NCBI GenBank assembly: GCA_037442925.1
Contig: JBBIPG010000003.1
Coordinates: forward strand, 2,913 to 66,912
Length of the DNA: 64,000 nt
Direction of reading: 5' to 3'
Source of the DNA: Candidatus Fraserbacteria bacterium
GTDB lineage: Bacteria > Bipolaricaulota > Bipolaricaulia > RBG-16-55-9
In this document: in pieces, positions 8,991-17,045 of the stretch
Position numbering within the stretch: the first letter of the stretch is position 1
How the letters are laid out: every line of letters starts with the position of its first letter
The notes under the pieces: model-generated
What the model saw: the letters and a program-made list of their open reading frames with translations, nothing else
What the model was told of the DNA's origin: nothing
The model's database searches: none
Position numbers and translations under genes: made by a program

Positions 8991-9832
8991 CACGATCGGA
9001 TCGCTACGGTATGTAGCCATAGACGGGGAACTGCCTGGAGCTTCAACTCACTAAAGACCTGAGAAACGGCTTCCTGAAGGACTTGGCAGGCCTGAGCCAG
9101 TGGAACTCCAGGCAGCGCCCCTTGAATGAAATCGCTGAACTCGCTGATTCCTAACCACCCTTCCAGAGGAACATCCACCAGATCTAAGCGCTGCTCATCC
9201 ACCGTAAAGCCCTGCTGGCTTAGTAGAACCTGGTACTGCTCCGGAGTCAGCTGGCGTCGCGCGGCGACCTTCTCCCGAGAGGGCTGAAGGCCGTGTGTGC
9301 GCTTCAGCACGCGAAGGGCTCGGGTCATCCACCGTCGATAGAACTGCTCCGTTTCGGGAGGCTGCGCCCCGGCGAAGAACGTGGTGTTGAAGGCGAAGAT
9401 CCCACCGGGGACGAGCACCTGCCGCACTTCTTTGACCATCTGCTCTTTCTCTTCAATCATGTGGATCGCATTGCAGAAGACCACGGCATCCACCGTGTCT
9501 TGGATGGCTTGCGAGAGTTTCTCGGCTCGTCCTTGAACAAACCGCACCATCGTGGACCTAAATTGCGCAAGCTCCTGGCGCGCCAGCTCCAAGGCCTCAG
9601 CAGAAGCGTCCATGGCGATGACCCAGCTCTGACGGAATCCCTGAAGTTTCTCCAGGATGATCTTCGTGACGGCCCCAGTTCCGCAGGCGAGATCCAGCAC
9701 GCGCATCGTCTTGCCGGAGCTGATTCCGGCCAACTCGACCAGGTGGGAGTTCACTACGGCATAGAATGGCAGTCGTGCAAAGCGACTGAATGAAAACTGC
9801 TGGTCCTGCTCTGCTGGCATATGCTGAGACAT
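8987..9832 (-). CDS. Class I SAM-dependent methyltransferase
   Basis: VLDLACGTGAVT motif I. Confidence 0.75.
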   Translation of the reverse strand: MSQHMPAEQDQQFSFSRFARLPFYAVVNSHLVELAGISSGKTMRVLDLACGTGAVTKIILEKLQGFRQSWVIAMDASAEALELARQELAQFRSTMVRFVQGRAEKLSQAIQDTVDAVVFCNAIHMIEEKEQMVKEVRQVLVPGGIFAFNTTFFAGAQPPETEQFYRRWMTRALRVLKRTHGLQPSREKVAARRQLTPEQYQVLLSQQGFTVDEQRLDLVDVPLEGWLGISEFSDFIQGALPGVPLAQACQVLQEAVSQVFSELKLQAVPRLWLHTVAIRSC

Positions 9833-9846
9833 CTCTTCATTTCACC

Positions 9847-10125
9847 TCATATTCGTTGTACAGTAAAGCCTTGAAACTCACCCTCGAAATCTTCCCATTG
9901 GACTCGCACGTTGTCAACACGCGCCTGGGGCGGTCCCACATGGCACCAAGCGATGATTTGCTGCACACGTTCCTCCTCACCTTCCATGACCGCTTCGACT
10001 CGGCCGTCCGAGAGGTTGCGCACGAAACCGGCCACACCCAACTCGCGGGCTCGCTCCGCCAGGCGGGCTCGGAAGAAGACCCCCTGCACTTTGCCGGATA
10101 CGAAGACGCGCGCGCGGCGTTTCAT
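9847..10125 (-). CDS. acyP: Acylphosphatase
   Basis: VSGKVQGVFFR...AGFVRNLSDGRVE is the acylphosphatase signature. Confidence 0.8.
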   Translation of the reverse strand: MKRRARVFVSGKVQGVFFRARLAERARELGVAGFVRNLSDGRVEAVMEGEEERVQQIIAWCHVGPPQARVDNVRVQWEDFEGEFQGFTVQRI

Positions 10126-10433
10126 ATAGCGCACGTATTGTGTCGAAGATGCTGGGTCTTGTCAACTTCTTGTCTCGATGTTCGTGACGAGCACCTCGTT
10201 GAGGCACGAACGTCCCACCCTGAGATCCTAGGAGTCCTTGTGGGCTTCTGTGAGGTCGCTATGATGGGGTCAGGAGTAACCTCCTGGGAGAGGGCTTGGT
10301 GGCTTGGGCTGGGTGCCCTCCTTACCCTGCCTGGGTCGCAGGCTGCAAGAGTTTTGCCGCGTAGCCCGCCTCAAACGCGGATTTTTGCTCACCAGCTTGC
10401 CACAGATGACCAAGCCCCTCTTGCCTTTTGGGC

Positions 10434-11762
10434 TTAGAACTCCGCTCTCATCCTCTTCCCTTTTTCCGGGCGCACGAAGAACCCGTATAGCATGGTCGTG
10501 GAGATGGCATAGAAGACCATCATCAAGGCAAACTCCGTGTTAAAGCCGGCCTCAAAGCCCACACGATCACGCCACCAACCGGAGAATGCCGAGCTGCCCG
10601 CCCAAGTTAAACTCCAGACGACCTCCGCCGCCCCGGCAAAGGTGGCACGCTTGTGCGGCGGCAGTTGCTCCATACAGAAGGCCATATATACAGGGTTGGC
10701 CATGTTCATGAGCATGCCGCGCACAAGAAGAGCCACGGCCACCAAGGGGAAAAAGGGCGAAAATCCCATCATGAGAAGAAAGGGCAGTGAGAGGCTCTGG
10801 ACCACCACAACGGAACGCACCTTGCCCAGCCGCTCCGCCAACAACGGTTGCAGCAGCATCCCGGCCGCCGTCAGCAACGAGGACAACGCAAACAGCAAGC
10901 CCAGATTGCCAAAGGAGATGCCAAACTTTCCGGCGACGAAGAGGTTCAGGAATGGTATGGTGAGACCGGCACCCAAGCCGACGAAAACGCTGGGTAACAG
11001 CATCTGTACAAAGCGGCTGGAACGTATTGATCCAACGTTCGCGTGGTCACCGCGGGGGAGCAGAGCTGCGATAGCAGATACTGGCTGCGGTGGATGTCCT
11101 TCGTTCGCCATATCATCAGCCTGTGCTGCTCGTCTTGTATCTGACAACAGCAAGAGTGGGAAAAGAGCGACAACGATCAGGGCAGCGACCATCCCCATCG
11201 TGAGCTGCAAGGGGAGGACGTCCTGGGCGGCTACACCCAGCCAATTCGCAAACATCTGCGGCAGATGCCCGCCAAACAGATTGCCGACAAACCCCGTGGC
11301 TGTGGTGAGCGCGGCCTGAACGCTAAAGAGTGCCGTGCGTTGCGCTGCCGTACTGTGTTCCGTCATGAACGGTGCGGAATTCGCTGAGATCGTGGCGGCA
11401 CCCACGCCGCTCAGCACCGTGAAGATCATCAAGGGTAAAGCTGTGCCCCATGAGGCCACCCCGGCAGCGCCGACAATGTAAAACATCGCGCCCAATAGGA
11501 GTGCGGTCTTTCGAGGTAGGTGATCACTGAGGATGCCGATAGGAATACCCACAACGGCCATCGTCAGCGCAGACAAGGCATTGATTCCACCGATGAACGA
11601 CTGGCTGTACCCTAAGCTCTCCAAGTAGAAATTGAGCATGAGCCAGCCTATGGACCCTCCCACGCTGGCCACCGTCATCGACAGCAGGAAGAGCTTGGCA
11701 TCTCGTGAGAAGCCGCGGAAGCGGTTCAAATACGCGATTGACGATTTTGTAAACGATGCCAT
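10434..11762 (-). CDS. MFS transporter
   Basis: 12 predicted TM segments with MFS-like motifs. Confidence 0.8.
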   Translation of the reverse strand: MASFTKSSIAYLNRFRGFSRDAKLFLLSMTVASVGGSIGWLMLNFYLESLGYSQSFIGGINALSALTMAVVGIPIGILSDHLPRKTALLLGAMFYIVGAAGVASWGTALPLMIFTVLSGVGAATISANSAPFMTEHSTAAQRTALFSVQAALTTATGFVGNLFGGHLPQMFANWLGVAAQDVLPLQLTMGMVAALIVVALFPLLLLSDTRRAAQADDMANEGHPPQPVSAIAALLPRGDHANVGSIRSSRFVQMLLPSVFVGLGAGLTIPFLNLFVAGKFGISFGNLGLLFALSSLLTAAGMLLQPLLAERLGKVRSVVVVQSLSLPFLLMMGFSPFFPLVAVALLVRGMLMNMANPVYMAFCMEQLPPHKRATFAGAAEVVWSLTWAGSSAFSGWWRDRVGFEAGFNTEFALMMVFYAISTTMLYGFFVRPEKGKRMRAEF

Positions 11763-11877
11763 CGGCTTCCCGCTCCTGCGGAAAGGTCTCCTGCATGGAT
11801 CTTGAGTGTAAATCACCCACCAGGGAAGATCCATGACGGCGCTCAGGGGCTGTCGATACCGGGGGCGTGCCTGCCCT

Positions 11878-12852
11878 CTATCCTATTCGCAGCCGCCAGA
11901 TCTTCGGCAGCTCCTCACTCAAGGGTTGCCAGCTTGTCCCACTATCAATGCTCAGGAAGAGCTGCCCTCTTCGGGCTCCGACTTCTCCGCCGTAGAAGAG
12001 CACGCTGGGGTCAGTGGGATGGACGGTGAAGCTGTCGGCCGGGCCGTCTTCAGGCAGGCCCGGCCCTAAGGGTGCCCAATGTCGCCCGCCGTCGTCGCTG
12101 CGATAGAGCGGCCTGCCCCCTTCGGCCACGTAAACATAAATTCTGTGTGCGTTTTGCGGGTCGAAGCAGATCCCGTGCACGTATTTGTCTTTGAGCTTAG
12201 AAGCAGCTTGCCAAGTCCGGCCCGCATCGTCACTGACGAAGAGCCCTTCGCCCGTGCCGGCGAAGACCCGATCCGGATTTGTGGGATCTATTGCGATCCG
12301 ATGGAGATCGTGACCGACCAGCGCCTCATGCCACGTCTTGCCATGGTCATGGGAGTAGATGAGCGCGCCGTGCTCCACGCCTGCGAAAATTCGCTCTGGG
12401 CGTTCTGCATGGAGCGCGATCCCATGGATGTGCCCCGCGTAGAAGGGCTCGTGGAAGAATGTCCAAGTTTTGCGACTGGGGAGTTTCTCGATGCCTTCAA
12501 ACGCTTGAAAAATTTGTCCGTGGTCGTAAGAGACGTAGAGCATCGGGGGCTCGGTGCCCACAAGGAGCGTCTTCGGTTCACGAGGGTGAAAGACGACGTC
12601 CCAGACCCAGCGATCTTGGAAGCCCAGCGTCTCCCAACTGTGTCCGGCGTCTTTGGTTCTATAAAGCCCCCAGCCACGCAACCCACAAGCGACATAAGCG
12701 ATCTTTGAAGCTTTGGGGTGAATCGCGATCCCGCGCACGGCGTTCCCTTCTAGACCTCGGCCAATCAACTCGAACTTCTCCTCGTTCATTCGAAAGACGA
12801 ACATCCCGTCTTCCGTGCCGATGTAGAGCAGACACGAGTGCTTATAGCCCAT
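11878..12852 (-). CDS. BNR/Asp-box repeat protein, sialidase- or Ycf48-like beta-propeller
   Basis: At least 5 Asp-box motifs (SYDHGQ, SHDHGKTW, SDDAGRTW, SDDGGRHW, SIDSGTSW). Confidence 0.7.
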   Translation of the reverse strand: MGYKHSCLLYIGTEDGMFVFRMNEEKFELIGRGLEGNAVRGIAIHPKASKIAYVACGLRGWGLYRTKDAGHSWETLGFQDRWVWDVVFHPREPKTLLVGTEPPMLYVSYDHGQIFQAFEGIEKLPSRKTWTFFHEPFYAGHIHGIALHAERPERIFAGVEHGALIYSHDHGKTWHEALVGHDLHRIAIDPTNPDRVFAGTGEGLFVSDDAGRTWQAASKLKDKYVHGICFDPQNAHRIYVYVAEGGRPLYRSDDGGRHWAPLGPGLPEDGPADSFTVHPTDPSVLFYGGEVGARRGQLFLSIDSGTSWQPLSEELPKIWRLRIG

Positions 12853-13420
12853 GCAGCTCGCCTCCCCTTCTTAGGATCGCCGCGTACTGCGCCGTCTCTT
12901 GGCCCAGCTTCTTCAGCCGCTCGATAATGTTCGTATTGCTCAACTGGCCATCTTCATTGAACACATCACCCGGCACGGCCACGGCCGTGGGCAGCACCCA
13001 AGCCCGAAGCGCCCGACAGGCATAGATCATGCTGTTGATCGCATTGATGCCCGAGCTGCCCCCGGCTACGCTGATCAATCCTACGACCTTGCCCTCCAAC
13101 CACGGAGGTTCATCGTTCGCTAAGAGCTCAAAAAAGTCGAGCGCGTTCTTCATCGCTCCGCTCAGCGTGCCATGGTAGACCGGAGTGGCCACAATCAAGC
13201 CGTCCGCCCGGCGCACTTCTTCCAGCAGCTTAAAGACCGGCTCCGGGTACGTCTCGATCTTGGACCGATCGTCGTACAGCGGCAGCGCCAACATCTTAAG
13301 CGCGAGCAGATGGGTATAAGCGCCCGTTTGGGCTGCACCTTCGAGCGCGATCTGCAGCGCCCTTAATGTGCGCGATTCCTCCCGCAGGCTGCCACCGAGC
13401 CCTAGCACCTGGGTCTTCAT
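12842..13420 (-). CDS. NADPH-dependent FMN reductase family protein
   Basis: MKTQVLGLGGSLREES...VATPVYHGTLSGAMKNALD is the flavodoxin-like FMN reductase pattern. The start was set at the internal ATG. Confidence 0.75.
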   Translation of the reverse strand: MKTQVLGLGGSLREESRTLRALQIALEGAAQTGAYTHLLALKMLALPLYDDRSKIETYPEPVFKLLEEVRRADGLIVATPVYHGTLSGAMKNALDFFELLANDEPPWLEGKVVGLISVAGGSSGINAINSMIYACRALRAWVLPTAVAVPGDVFNEDGQLSNTNIIERLKKLGQETAQYAAILRRGGELHGL

Positions 13421-13603
13421 AGTGGAACGGCTCTTCCATGTCTGCGGCAGCTCGGCTGATGGCTCGTCTTCGCAGGATGCTCGGCAGCGCTTGCGCACCG
13501 CCAAGGTCCGTGGGACCCCTGCAGTCGTAGCCCAAACTGGATGAGCCAACTCGCCAAAGCTTCACGAATGCGCGCGCGTCGAAGCCTGGGGGAGGGCGTC
13601 GCT

Positions 13604-13915
13604 CTAGAACGCTCCATAAGCATGCTCTTCTGCCGCTCCCGAATTCCATCCATCCCCTTCTTCCAGGGACGTGACGCTCAAGTCCGCAAAATATCGGTTG
13701 AGCACGGCCGCTCGCTCTTGCGCCAGCGGTGGATGACAATAGTCTTCTTCTTCCCAGATGGCGTAGCCTTCAGAATCGAGACGTGCCTGCTCAAGTGAGT
13801 GTTGCAGTGTCTCTCCAAAGGGGTCCATCTGGGCTATCTCCCCGCTATTGAGCCATCTCTTCAATTCCTGGAGTCGATCTTTTCGAGGCTTGGCTTTCAC
13901 GAGATAGTGAGCCAT
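13604..13915 (-). CDS. Hypothetical protein
   Basis: ORF with a reasonable composition starting at the internal ATG (MAHYLVKAKPRKDRLQELKRWL...). Confidence 0.4.
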   Translation of the reverse strand: MAHYLVKAKPRKDRLQELKRWLNSGEIAQMDPFGETLQHSLEQARLDSEGYAIWEEEDYCHPPLAQERAAVLNRYFADLSVTSLEEGDGWNSGAAEEHAYGAF

Positions 13916-13984
13916 CGTTCTTCGCTCCCTTCGTTTCGCGCAGCTATGACTATAACACAGGATGGCGACTTTGTCAAGTATATA

Positions 13985-14020
13985 GTTTATTAACTGTACA
14001 AATGGCCTCGACTCTGCTAT
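13985..14020 (+). promoter_or_regulatory. AT-rich promoter/operator region. A TATAAT -10 box lies 17 nt after TGTACA, with a near-palindrome TTGTCAAG-N15-CTGTACAA overlapping it.
   Basis: The only strongly AT-rich island in this GC-rich stretch. It lies between divergent gene starts, directly upstream of the wHTH regulator gene. Confidence 0.3.
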
Positions 14021-14042
14021 AATGCCACGTAGGGAGATTGAT

Positions 14043-14738
14043 ATGGGAGTCATAGGCCAAGTTCAGCCGCAGAGCCGCCGCCGGATCTTGGAGCTATTAA
14101 AGATGAAGGGGCCGATGACGGCCCATCAATTGGCGGGTGAATTGGGAATCACATCCATGGGCGCGCGCGGGCATCTGATCGCTCTAGAACGCCATGGATG
14201 GATTGGGCATGAGACGCAGCAGCGAGGCATGGGTCGTCCCAGTTATATGTATTTCTTGACAGATATAGGTGATGAACTCTTCCCGCGAACCTATCCGCAG
14301 CTGGCCAATAGTCTATTAGACGCGCTGCACTCTCTCACGGGCGAGGAAGGGATAGAACAGCTATTTGCCCAGCGCACGGAGCGGCTGACTGCACAATACC
14401 GTTTGCGTCTGGCCGATAAGCCCCTGGAAGAACGCGTCAAGGAACTGGCCCAAATCCGCACGGAAGAGGGCTACATGGCCGATTGGGAAAGAATTGATGA
14501 GAATACGTTCATCTTGCGCGAGCACAACTGTTCCATCTGTCAGATCGCGCGACGGTGTGCCCAGGCATGTAGCCATGAGCTAGAACTCTTCCAGAATGTT
14601 TTAAATGACGCGGACGTGTCGAGAGAGAAGCACATGCTCAAAGGTGATCGGGTGTGTGCCTATGTGATCCGACACAAGAGTAAGAAGCGGGGTGACTCGA
14701 AGCGGTCATCTCGTGTCTCTCGTGCAGGAACTCGATGA
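14043..14738 (+). CDS. ArsR-type winged-helix transcriptional regulator (COG2345-like) with a Cys-rich C-terminal domain
   Basis: RRRILELLKMKGPMTAHQLAGELGITSMGARGHLIALERHGWI HTH, C-terminal HNCSICQIARRCAQAC. Start set at the ATG preceded by AGGGAG. Confidence 0.7.
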   Translation: MGVIGQVQPQSRRRILELLKMKGPMTAHQLAGELGITSMGARGHLIALERHGWIGHETQQRGMGRPSYMYFLTDIGDELFPRTYPQLANSLLDALHSLTGEEGIEQLFAQRTERLTAQYRLRLADKPLEERVKELAQIRTEEGYMADWERIDENTFILREHNCSICQIARRCAQACSHELELFQNVLNDADVSREKHMLKGDRVCAYVIRHKSKKRGDSKRSSRVSRAGTR

Positions 14739-15190
14739 TGGCAACCCAACTCTTGATTTATGATGGCGATTGCGCCTACTGTCGCGGGTTTGTGCAACTC
14801 GTTCGCCTCTTGGACCGCAAGCGACAAATCTCCGTACTTGGCTTTGACGCGCCGGAGGCTCAGGCGCTGCTACGTGCTCAGTTTGGTGAGCACTTCGGTT
14901 TTACGATGTATTTGTTTGAAGTTGAGGAAGTGAGCTGGAGCAGAGAAGCGGCGCGGAGAATTATCGAGAGCCTCTCGCTGCCGCGTTGGATGGCAAAACT
15001 GGCTTTTCGGATCTATCCCTCACTGGTGCATCTTGTATCAAAATTGACACAGCGGACTCGCCTGGTCTGCGGGCCGAAGTGTGTGATGACGATAATCGGA
15101 ATTCAACCGAAAGAATTCATCGAGATTCATAAGCGGACGCTTCAAGAGCTACAGCGAGTTCTAAGCACGCGACGCAGCGCAGAGCCATAG
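14735..15190 (+). CDS. Thiol-disulfide oxidoreductase DCC family protein (DUF393)
   Basis: LIYDGDCAYCRGFVQLV motif. ATGA overlap with the upstream regulator gene. Confidence 0.8.
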   Translation: MMATQLLIYDGDCAYCRGFVQLVRLLDRKRQISVLGFDAPEAQALLRAQFGEHFGFTMYLFEVEEVSWSREAARRIIESLSLPRWMAKLAFRIYPSLVHLVSKLTQRTRLVCGPKCVMTIIGIQPKEFIEIHKRTLQELQRVLSTRRSAEP

Positions 15191-15305
15191 ACCAGCTCCC
15201 ATATCTTCCCATTCCCCCTAGTGAAGGCGACAGTGGCTCCTTGCCTTTTGCAGAAGCAGTGGGTTAGACTGGACAAGTGCCCCACAGAGAGGAGAGGCAG
15301 GTAGA

Positions 15306-15731
15306 ATGTCCGAACCGGCAGAGACCTCCATACCCCCGATCACACAGACATTCCTCCTGTGCGATCAGGTCATCACGGATGAAGCCACCAAGAAGAAGAC
15401 CCTCGTGGGCGTCTTCGACCGCATATGGGTTTCTAAATTCCCGGCCAAGCACGCTCCAGCGGCACTCTACATTCGGCTCTTTGATGCCCAAGGGGATTGC
15501 GATATTCGCGTGGAGTACGTAAAGACCGATGACCAGCGAGTTCTCGGGCACGTGACGGGGAAGATGCAAGCCAGCAAACGTCGCACCACAATGGAATTGG
15601 CTATTGCGCTTCCACCGATTGATATTCCCGCTCCCGGCGAATATGAGTTCCGCTTGTGGATCAACGGGCTTTATAGCCACCGGGTCCGCTTCGTGGCAGA
15701 GCAGCTCCCCATCGAACGAAAACCAACATAA
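15306..15731 (+). CDS. Hypothetical protein
   Basis: Clean ORF with protein-like composition. No family recognised. Confidence 0.5.
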   Translation: MSEPAETSIPPITQTFLLCDQVITDEATKKKTLVGVFDRIWVSKFPAKHAPAALYIRLFDAQGDCDIRVEYVKTDDQRVLGHVTGKMQASKRRTTMELAIALPPIDIPAPGEYEFRLWINGLYSHRVRFVAEQLPIERKPT

Positions 15732-15767
15732 GTCCTCACGGGGATGGCACCCGATACTTAGGGGCCT

Positions 15768-16838
15768 TCATTTGACCAGCGCGAACTCGAGCTCCTCGTC
15801 GATCTGCTCTGTGAACCGGGCGATCAAGCGCGCTGCGTTCTCTAGATCATCTAAGCTCACCAGCTCACAGGGGCTGTGCATGTAGCGATTGGGAATTCCG
15901 ATGAGGCCTGTGGCAACGCCCGCTCGGTTCAGTTGAATCGCGTTCGCATCCGTTCCCGTGCCAGAGGGGTAGCCTACCACTTGGTGTGGCAGCTTATGCT
16001 TCTTTGCTGTTTCAACGAGTAAGTTAAACACTTTGGGGTTGATGTTGGCCCCGCGTACGATCACCGGGCCACCGCCCATCTTGACCTCGCCGATCTTCTT
16101 CTTCTCTGCTTCCATGGACGGGAAATCCGTGGCGAACTCGACATCCACAGCAACGGCTACCTTTGGATCTATGCCATATGCACTTGTCCGTGCGCCGCGC
16201 AGTCCTATCTCCTCTTGTACGGTTGCCACGGCGTAGACTTCAGCTTCTGGCTTGAGCTGGGTGAGCAGTCGCGCCGCTTCCAGCACTACGAATGCACCTG
16301 ACTTGTCGTCGAAGCCTCGCGAGAGAGCTAGGCCATTCTTGAACTCCTCAAAGCCATGTGCCAGAACCACAGGGTCGCCGATGTTGACCTCTCCTTGTGC
16401 ATCCGCTTTGTTCTTGGCCCCGATATCAATCCAGAGATCTTCCAGTTTTGTGGCTTTGTCGCGCTCCTCTGTCTTGATCAGATGGATGGGTTTTTTGCCT
16501 ATGACACCCGTGATGCGGCCTGCCTTTGTGCGGATCCAGACGCGCTGGCCCTGTAGAATCTGTGGGTCCCAACCGCCAATGCCAGCAAAATAGAGAAAAC
16601 CGTTCTCGTCGATGTGAGTGATCATGAGCCCGATCTCATCCATGTGGCCTGCGAACATGACTCGCGGCTTGCCGCCCTCGTTGACCAGCGCATAGGCGTT
16701 CCCGTGCTGATCCACCCAGGCTCGGTCGGCAAATGTCTCAGCCTCTTTCAGCCAGACGCGCGCCGCCTCCTCCTCATAACCTGATGGGCTGATTGTCTCC
16801 ATGAGTCGCTTGAGAAACTCCAATGATTTTCTTTCCAT
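15768..16838 (-). CDS. M42 family aminopeptidase (FrvX/CelM-like)
   Basis: HMDEIGLMITHIDENGFL...GKKPIHLIK matches the M42 pattern. Start set at the ATG with AGGAGG 7 nt upstream. Confidence 0.85.
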   Translation of the reverse strand: MERKSLEFLKRLMETISPSGYEEEAARVWLKEAETFADRAWVDQHGNAYALVNEGGKPRVMFAGHMDEIGLMITHIDENGFLYFAGIGGWDPQILQGQRVWIRTKAGRITGVIGKKPIHLIKTEERDKATKLEDLWIDIGAKNKADAQGEVNIGDPVVLAHGFEEFKNGLALSRGFDDKSGAFVVLEAARLLTQLKPEAEVYAVATVQEEIGLRGARTSAYGIDPKVAVAVDVEFATDFPSMEAEKKKIGEVKMGGGPVIVRGANINPKVFNLLVETAKKHKLPHQVVGYPSGTGTDANAIQLNRAGVATGLIGIPNRYMHSPCELVSLDDLENAARLIARFTEQIDEELEFALVK

Positions 16839-16954
16839 GAGTTTCCTCCTGATTGCTGATATAGGATTGAGATGAATAGCGGAATCCATGGTAAAGTGTG
16901 GGCGCATGTGATGCAAGAAAACAGACACACAGTTGCAAAGCGGAAGGCACTCTC

Positions 16955-17045
16955 CTAGAATGGAGTCTGGGAGTCGATAGAGTCTGAGAGTCTATGGAGT
17001 CTAAGACTCTTTAGACTCTTCCAACTCTTTAGACCCTTACGAAGA
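16955..17045. repeat. Array of GAGTC/GACTC short repeats, including three copies of ATGGAGTC, in the divergent promoter region upstream of alaS
   Basis: The region reads ggagtctgggagtcgatagagtctgagagtctatggagtctaagactctttagactcttccaactctttagaccc, and the third ATGGAGTC is the alaS start codon. Confidence 0.4.

Noticed and set aside
10537-11319. 260-aa plus-strand ORF inside the MFS transporter gene
   Set aside because: It is antisense to a clear 12-TM MFS frame, and its Ser/Arg/Ala-rich translation is typical of a GC-rich antisense artefact.
16860-17045. Possible T-box riboswitch leader upstream of alaS
   Set aside because: Only ~200 nt are available and no T-box consensus (AATTAGGGTGGTACCGCG-like) or specifier-loop architecture is present. 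The region is dominated instead by GAGTC repeats.
16930-17045. CRISPR-like short repeat array
   Set aside because: The repeats are 5-8 nt, not 25-40 nt units with spacers. No CRISPR array exists anywhere in the window.
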